Shown: positions 55,228 to 64,000 of the stretch, one piece after another
Layout of the letters: each line of letters begins with the position of its first letter
Position numbering within the stretch: the stretch's first letter is position 1
The notes under the pieces: generated by a model
Database searches by the model: none
Seen by the model: the letters and a program-made list of their open reading frames with translations, nothing else
What the model was told of the DNA's origin: nothing
Position numbers and translations under genes: made by a program
Assembly: GCA_012295275.1 (NCBI GenBank)
Contig: CM022670.1
Coordinates: forward strand, 38,936,001-39,000,000
DNA: 64,000 nucleotides
Origin: Chrysomallon squamiferum
Lineage: Eukaryota; Animalia; Mollusca
Direction of reading: 5' to 3'

Positions 55228-56144
55228 CTTCTTCAATATATTTTGAGTTCAGAAGTTTTTTTTTGTGGATGTTTTTGTGAACATAATATAGTTATACATG
55301 AAATAATCAGTGGATGGTGAAATAAATAAATACATTGTGAGGAAAGCACTAAAGAATGGGTTTACAAGTTAGTTTTAAGTATTTTAATCTCACGGAGAGC
55401 TTGTATATACTAACGCTCTTATGGCTGCAGGTATAAACGAACCGCAATAAAACAAACAGAAAAGAAAAAGAAAAAAAAAAAGATAATAATAATAATACAA
55501 CCGTCATCAGGTACAAAACAGTAATAAAAATAATGTTTTTGTTTTTTTCGTTTTTTAACTCACAAAACATCACAGATTTTGTCTTTATTTTTTCTATCCC
55601 CACCCTCCATCTTCCATTCCTGCAATGTCTTCCACGATAGTTACGCTTATTTCAGTATTTACCAATATTTATTTACCATTCATAGATTGTTTATTCTGTT
55701 TTTGCATATAAATTTTATTTTAAATTCTTCCATTGTTTGTATTTATTTGGGTATATACGTTTTATCTGTTATTTATGTAATTTTTTTTTATATTTATTTA
55801 ATAATTATTTTCGTTTCTTTTTACATTATCGTAACCAGGATAAAAGTTATTTTGGGAGAAAAATCTTCAAGTTTCTGTTATTCATAGGATGGATTTCCTT
55901 TAAAAGTTCAATGGATTTCCCTTCATTTTTTTTTTTTTTTTTTTATTGCTGTTTTAATTTAAAAAGTTGATTTCTTATAACATCATAAAAATTTATTTAT
56001 TTCAGTGAAATTTTTATTGACATTATTTATTGTCTTAGAAAAATATTAAATTTATAAAAAAAAAAAAATCTTATAAATAAAAATCAATAATCTAGAATAC
56101 TGATCAATTTTGTATCAGAACTAAAATCAATATTAAAACAAAAC

Positions 56145-56177
<33 letters not shown>

Positions 56178-57923
56178 CAAAATTCACAAATTACTAGAAC
56201 TAAAAAATATAAAAGCAAACTTGAAAGGACAGTCCACCTGTCTATAACAAACCACATTTTTTTATCAATAATAATAAAATCTTTTGTCAATAGCTTTTTT
56301 TTTTAAACTTCTTTCTATATATATTTTATTTTTTTCTTACTCTGGGTGTGAAGATATTGCAGGAAGCCCAACCCAAGGGAAACGGATGAATAAATTAAAA
56401 GTTCTATGTATACAATACAAACATATTTACACTCTGCAACTGGCTTGTAGGGTGCTCTGCTGAGGTAACAGAACAAAGTACACAGATATGAAGGCCTCCA
56501 GTAGTGGCATTGGGAAGACAGACAAGTATCACACAGGTGCAAATAAAAAAATAAAATAAAAAAACACATTTATAATAATAACTAATAGATTCTGTGTAAT
56601 TCATAAGAAACTGACTTACACTGTTTTGAAACTTTGTAAGAAATGGAAATTGTGTCATGTGATTTTGAAATTGTATTTAAATTTTTTTTTAAGTAATAAT
56701 AATTCGTTAATGAAACTGTAATTTAAAAAAAAAAAAAATTAAAAATTAATAATAAATAATAATAATAATACAAATCTGTTTTTGAAATTGCATTTAAAAA
56801 TAAAAATTTTATTTTAAAAGAAAGTTGAAAAAAATATATTTTAAAAATTATAATAGAAATTTAATAGAAATTTAATTTTACACTATTTTTAAAACAGAAA
56901 TTTCATCATCTGGTGTCAAAATAAAAAATTAAATAAATGCAAATTAAAGAAAATTTAAATAAAAATAATACAAATTATTCCAAATCTGACAGAAATAAGT
57001 ACTACTGCAGTAGTATTAAATTCATTAACAACTGTGATATAAAATGTATTAACGTTTTTAAATTTACAAGAATTGTATATTAACTTCATTGAGAAAAATG
57101 TAGTAAAAAAGTCATGTACAGTATTTGATTTACAGAAAGTAATAAAACCATTTTGTCTTGTTCAGTGACATTCGGCTGCTCACAGAGCAAAAGAATAATA
57201 ATTTTAAAATAACATCATTTTCAAAGTAAAAAAAAAATCCAAACTTAATTTCTTTATCTGAGACAAAAATGAAATTTCTTTTTTTTACAGTTTTCTGTGA
57301 AGTTATTAACAAACTTCATTAACATTTGTTAATTTAAAAAATAAATTAAAAAAAAAAAAAAGAGTGCATTTTCACAGAAATGTTTTAATGTGAAAATAAC
57401 AATTGGTAAATTTTAAATATTAAAAAAAATATGCATAATTGTGTAAACACACCCACATAAAAAAAAAAAAAAAAAAAAAAAAATATATTAAAAATAAAGA
57501 GCACTATTTCTTGCATAACAGCAAAGTGAATCTTTCATTTCATTTCAATGACATAATTCTGTTAAATCAAGTTTTTTAAAAAGTTATTTTAAGTGTGAAT
57601 ACTGAACAATGATCAGCACTTATTGACAAAAGTGTGGGAGAAGTTGTAGATAAAAACACTGTAATGTGTTAGATAAAAACACAGGCTGGTTTCATGTAGA
57701 CTGCAAGATATGTAACAGATAATGAGAAAAGATACAGAGTGAAAACTGTAATAATAATAATAATAATTTTAATAAAAATAATAATTATAATAATAATAAT
57801 AATAATATTTTTAATAATAAATGTAACAGTTAATAATAATAATAATTTTTTTTAATAATAAATATAATGTTATAATAATAATAATATTGTTAATAATAAA
57901 TATAATAACAAATAATACTAACA

Positions 57924-57960
<37 letters not shown>

Positions 57961-60900
57961 GCGCCTTAAATTACCTAACTAATTTCGGATGTTATTTCGT
58001 GTACAGTGTGTTATGACACAAACAAGACAACACATACCAGCTCATGTAGCTGAGGTATGCTTGCAAACTGTGAAAGCACAAGGTGTCAGGCCACGACCAA
58101 TGTTAAATTATTGCTTCGTTCTACAAAAAGTCAAATAAAAGCTGCCAACAGCCCGATTCTTAAAGATCACAACTTATTAGTATTCCGTATTGCTCTGATA
58201 AAGATAATAAAGAGAATTCTTTTTTTTTTTTTTAAAATGAATATTCACTTCAAAACAGTTTAGAGTTTGTGTCTAGAAGATTCCAAACTGAAATATCACT
58301 TCAGTTTCTCTGCTGAATCTTAACATTTCAGTCTGGAATCTAGACTGTTAAGTTTTAATACACTGCAATAAAGTTAGATGAAAACTGATGACTGCACAAT
58401 TAAAAAAAAAAAAAAAAAAAATAAAAATTCATGAATTTTGACAGTGTAAGCAATAATTACTTGTATAATAATCTAAGCACTTCATGACAAAAATGAACAA
58501 ATCAATGAACTGGGAAAAATAAAGAGTGTTATAAAACTGCTGAACCATGACTATAGAAAAATTTGCTGTCTACATTCAAAAGAAAAATGTCTAGTCCTCT
58601 GTTTTATCTGTATGGTTGAGTTTTAAATCTAAATTAATCTGCGGATATTGTAGTTCACACACAAGTCAGTGGTATGGAGATATTTCACAGTTGATGAAAC
58701 TAAACAAACTGGGAAGGCACTTGAACCTAGCCATGCAACTCCTCCCTGAAGTCGTTAGACACACATTGTTACACACTTGTTTTTAAATAACGTTTTTAGC
58801 AATGACAATAGTAAATAAACACTGAAAAAAAAACATGAAAAATAAACAAAATAATAATAATAATCAATAATATAAAAAATTAAATAAAAAATTTTAAAAA
58901 TTGAAATCTGTAATTTTTTTCTGAAATTCATCTACATATAAAACAATACATATTTTTTTTAAAAAGGTGCATCAGAAAACACAAATCACAGGAAAAAAAA
59001 AAAAAAAAAAAAAAAAATTAAAATTAAAATTGATCTTTGTACTAATTATATTCAGTGTTAACATGGGACAGAAATGATTCAAAATCGAGAAAAATAAAAA
59101 ACACAAACAAGTTAACAATTCCCTCTGAAAGACTGCATTTCCCCCAACACACCAGAATCTCAACTTCTGTCCATAGATCTGATGTTCTCACTGAGATGTG
59201 CCCTTATCAGTAGAATATAAAAATATGTACAATACACAGTATACCTGCACATGACACACTCAAACCCCACCAGCCTCTACACGAAAATGTGAGATTCTCC
59301 CAACAGTCTTCTTTTTTAAACAAGTTTTCTTCACCTGACTTCGTTAAGCAGACAAAAAAAAAAAAAATCATTTGTAAAAGTAACACACACAAAAGGAAGG
59401 TTTCTCTCTTAAGATGAACAACTCACTGATTTTCTTTTAAAGATTATTATTACTGTGCAGTTATTTATCATTATCAGACCTCGTTTCACAAAACAGTAAA
59501 TTAATAAAACACTGTTAAAACCAATTTCATTTAAAAAAATAAAAAAAATTCATTTCATGTAATCTGTTTATCGTCAAATTAATTACCGTTATTGCTACAT
59601 CATTATACATGCATTAATTTAATGTTTAATTCCAACCTGATTTTACTTATCACTTTTTCTTTCTTCTAATCAACGCTTATTTCAAATATAACACACAGGT
59701 GATACAGTCACCTTCAAATCCACTAATCCTCAAGTAAAATATAATTAATTTTTTTATATATATATTAATATTTGAACTCTGTACATGAGTAATAATCACA
59801 ACATCATAATTTCAAACTAACATTTTTAAATTCCGGGAGTACGAAAAAAAAAATCTGGGGAGCAGAGTTAGATTGGGAAATAACATAATTACAGATGGAG
59901 AATAATAACTTGTTCCATGCTACATCAGTTACTGTTGCTTTAAATATATTAAATAAAAGAGGTAGATATATATACATGAGTACATGTACATACAGCTGGT
60001 AAAGCTTAGATACATTTTAGTATATGTCAAACTTTAAAACGTTAATTTTTCCCTTTAATAGTTACCACAGAAATAGTTACTTATTAACAACATACAGTAT
60101 AAGATTATAAATTTCAGGAGAAAAAAAAAACACATGAATCTGAAATGTACAAGCTGATAAAATACAAATGAACTTGCATGTCTGTACTGTTCTACATTTT
60201 TTGAAACTTCAAACCAAGCTCACAGTTCTATTTCTTTTGTTGTTTTTGAATAAGAAAAGATCTATGAATTCTGAAATGTAAATGTAATAGTCACAGCACA
60301 TTTTATAAACAAGGTGAACAGACAAATACCTCTGTAGATGTAGTTGCAAGAACCTCAAACAAAATTCAACCACAAACACAGAGATGTTGTCAGTTCATCT
60401 CATAAAAATGTTGGTGTAACGGTTACTAAAGGTTCGTTCTCACTAAGCAACTTGTACTGTGAGAAAACTTAAAACTGTAAGGCTAGGAGTGTTATTCCTT
60501 TAGGCAATCTCACAATATAACTCAAATGAAAGAGACCGGTGGTACGAGAAGTTGTATAGTGTGAACGCTCCTTTACCTAGCCCTAATGTTTGTATCGTAA
60601 TTAAGTTGGTGAGGCACAAAAAGGGTGAATGTCTGACAGATTCTGCTAATAAAACACACATGAAATCAGTGTCAGTACGAAATCAAACTCTTATCAGATC
60701 ATGTGTCAGAATATCAAAATATGAAGAAGAGATTTTGTCAAAAAATGTTTTTTTTACAAAATTTAAAAAAAAATGTAATGAAAAAATGTCTAAGCAGAAA
60801 CATTTAAATTTGTCAGGAGGTATAATAAATAGAAAAAAAATAAATAAAATAAAATGTAATTACAAAAGAAAAATGTACGTTCAAGAGACACTTTATGAAA

Positions 60901-61748
60901 TAAATTTCATTTTGCATTTGATCGTTTTAAATGACAAAATCTCTGTGACATACATTCTGTGCAAATATTATTTCTAGTCAATAGAAAACACAATTATTTC
61001 ATTAAATTAATAATAATAATAATAGTAATAATAATACTTCTGTAGAATAGTCATTGCATAGTCTGAAGTAAGGATACACTGTAAAACGTGATCTAAAGAA
61101 AAACAAACTTATACAACAAACATGCTGTTTTAAGTGATATAGACCTAAGAATAATACAAAACCTGTTTAAGTCTGGAAAAGCCTTTACAGTCAAAAGTGA
61201 AAAATAACTGATTTAAAAAACAAATGAGAAGATAATACACTTTTTATAAAATCTATTTAAAAAATGAAAATAAATAAATGGAACATCCCCAAACTGTATG
61301 AAATTTGTTAAAAATACAACACGAAGAAATCTAGGTTTTGGTTTTTTGAAACAACATAAATACTAATATAACTTCTTTTTTTTTTTTATACAATAATACT
61401 GAATTAAAAAAGAAACCCAAATAAAATTTCTAGAACAGTTTTTAAATTCTTCTGTTAAGTTTTTGCAACTGATTGTTGTTTGTTTTACTCTGGTTTTCAA
61501 ATGGCTGTTATACAATAATAAGAAAATGAATCCTACTGAAATTTTAAAATTTAAAATTATATTAAAACGTTTACAAATCCAGATTAACGGATTAGGAAAC
61601 TTTATTAATCCAATTTAATTCAATATATATAAGATTATGCTGCTTTGCTGGCATTACCGAATTTTTTTAATTTAAATGAACAGAAAAACTGAATCTACAA
61701 ACAAATTTAATTCAACAGTAAATTTTGAAAAGGTTGAAGAAGTTTGTG

Positions 61749-61781
<33 letters not shown>

Positions 61782-62446
61782 CATCAGCTGAACAGTAATA
61801 GATACATGGTTAAAGGGAAATTACTCTAAATAGATAACACGTCAAGGGGAAAATATTTACATCCCTTGAATTGATAAGAGGCATTTCTTTTCATAATAGA
61901 TTAGAAAAAAAATAAAAAATAATGATAATAATAATAATAATAAAAAGATTTACATCCTTTTTATCTTAATATAAAAGATTAACTTTTTTTTGTTGTTTTA
62001 ACAGCATAACAGAAACAAAATATATAATTTTTTTTTTTTTATAAACAAGAAAAGTATTAACACAACCACTACGTAACGCAATTCCTCTTGCACACACAGT
62101 TTGATCTTTTTTGTTTGTTTTGTTGTTTTTTTGGTTAATAAATAAATAAATAAATAACAAATGGTTATATATTTGATCAGTTGACTCTGGAAGCACAGCT
62201 TGTCATGCAGTAATACAGTGATGCAGTCGCATGTTTTGCTTGCCTGCACATTTTAATTGTTTTTGTTGTTTTTTTTGTATCACAAAACATCCTGGATTCC
62301 AATCTCATATTTCTTTTTTGTTTGTGTCACAGACTCTCTGCTCTGTCTCCACAAAAACCAATAAATCTTATTGAACATGATCCACACATTCTTGTAGTAA
62401 AGCATATTTACAAGAGATTGATATAATAAAAAAAAAAAAAAAAAAA

Positions 62447-62493
<47 letters not shown>

Positions 62494-62896
62494 TATATAT
62501 ATATATATCAACAACACTACTGCTTCATATGCAGTAAAAAACCTCACATTATTCATATTTTATAAAAAAAAAAAAAAAACTTGTTAATCCAGTTGTTTTT
62601 TTTTTTTTTTTTTTCTTTCTTTCTTTTCGTTTCGTATTTCTCTCTCCTTTCTTCGGCCCTCGACACTGGTAATATAAATAACATGTCTATAATTGGATTA
62701 AAAAATAACATGAATAATCAACTAAGAATATAAAGACACAACAAAAAGATACAACATCGAAAAGTCGACGGTATTATCAAACACACCGCTGTACAGGTTC
62801 AACAAAACAATGCTATCACAGCCAGGCATGCACATGAGTGCCTTTTTGCATTCAGTCATTGTCCATCACTCGAAACAAGTAGAGGTAATCATCGGG
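54930..62896 (-). other. Probable ~8-kb 3' UTR of the right-edge gene
   Basis: U/UG-rich, CpG-poor, exon-free sequence downstream of the stop; AATAAA on the minus strand at 54946-54951, followed by U-rich sequence. The extent is inferred. Confidence 0.45.
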
Positions 62897-63051
62897 TCAA
62901 GTCTGGGGCTGAGGCTTCGGGGGCGAGGATGAGGTCGGGGTGTGGGCGGGGCCAGGGGCTGGGGTGTTGGGGCCTGCGTGGCTCGACGCTACGTTGCCAC
63001 CGTCTGAAGCTTCCACGCCGACGTTGCTGTGCACCACAGGAAAAAACCTCT
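62897..63051 (-). CDS. Terminal coding exon of an unidentified gene entering from the right edge (Pro/Ser-rich C-terminus)
   Basis: GC-rich island after a ctacttttcag acceptor; favoured frame RFFPVVHSNVGVEASDGGNVASSHAGPNTPAPGPAHTPTSSSPPKPQPQT*; a second frame (EVFSCGAQQRRRGSFRRW...DLTR*) is also open, so the frame is unresolved. Confidence 0.65.
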
Positions 63052-63061
63052 CTGAAAAGTA

Positions 63062-63725
63062 GAATGAAATTTAGTAACTGAAGTTAATACGAAATATAAT
63101 CATTAAAATTAATACAAAATATATGAAATGAAATTTATATGAAATATAATAACTGAAATTAATACAAAATTTAGTAATCGAAATTAATACGAAATATAAT
63201 AATTGAAATTAATACGAAATATAGTAATTGAAATTAATATGAAATATAATAATTTAAATTAATATGAAATATAATAATTTAAATTAATACAAAATATAAT
63301 AATTTAAATTAATACAAAATATATTAATTTAAATTAATACGAAATATAATAATTGAAATTAATACGAAATATATTAACTGAAATTAATACGAAATATATT
63401 AATTGAAATTAATATGAAGTATAATAATTGAAATTAATACGAAATCAATTACTTGAAATTAATATTAATTAAAATTCATGTGAAATATAATAATTGAAAT
63501 TAATATGAAATACAATAAATAAAATAATATAAAACATAAAAATTAAAAATGCGATAAATAATAAATATTAAAAATAATATGAAATATAATAACTAAAATT
63601 AATATGAAATATAATAATTAAAATTAATGAGAAATACAATAAATAAAATAATATAAAACATAAAAATTCAAAATGTGATAAATAATAAATAATAAAAATA
63701 ATATGAAATATAATAATTAAAAAGT
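63062..63725. repeat. AT-rich 25-bp minisatellite (AATTGAAATTAATACGAAATATAAT) grading into longer degenerate units
   Basis: Tandem copies visible immediately 5' (minus strand) of the terminal exon acceptor. Confidence 0.9.
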
Positions 63726-64000
63726 AATAACAATATTGTATAAATATAATAACATTATGTACATAATGTGTCTATGTGCATGTGTGTGTGTGTAATTATC
63801 AGTTATTAAATAAAAAAACATGAAATAAAAATATTTTATAAAAATAAAATCACTTTTACAGAAATACTATTAAATAAATAATTATCATAATAACATAATT
63901 ACTGATTATTACAATAACATAAAAAAAAATATACCAAATATAAAAATAATTTTAAACATAATAATAAATATAAAAACAATTTAAAAATAACAATAAATAC

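Noticed and set aside
58271-58345. IRE or SECIS identity for the hairpin
   Set aside because: Loop is 8 nt (CAGAGAAA) with no bulged C five bases upstream, and there is no AUGA/GA quartet.
63013-63027. 15-nt exact match (CCACGCCGACGTTGC) with ligand A exon 1 at 42960-42974, suggesting a third paralog
   Set aside because: Similarity does not extend, the flanking peptide is Pro-rich and unrelated, and one such match is compatible with chance.

Overview
AT-rich, microsatellite-dense animal genomic DNA with GT-AG introns. Invertebrate, probably a gastropod mollusc, inferred from repeat content only. Left end (minus strand): the 5' 19 coding exons of AHI1/Jouberin, from ATG at 11215 through the C2-like domain into the WD40 repeats; the gene runs off the window. 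Two N-terminal exons each need +1 nt to stay in frame, probably homopolymer assembly errors. About 11.3-38 kb has no recognisable protein-coding exons, only CpG-rich islands, simple repeats and a 25-bp minisatellite. The highlight is at 39.4-52 kb: a tandem pair of intact three-exon TGF-beta superfamily ligand genes (363 and 359 aa, same intron phases). Both mature domains have only six cysteines, with the inter-chain cysteine replaced by Val in one and Ser in the other, as in vertebrate GDF3 and GDF9/BMP15. They mix myostatin/TGF-beta-like and BMP-like motifs. A Tigger/pogo deletion derivative lies just downstream of the first gene, and a 48-bp minisatellite lies in intron 1 of the second. 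Right end: the terminal exon of an unidentified minus-strand gene with a probable ~8-kb 3' UTR that contains a strand-specific hairpin.
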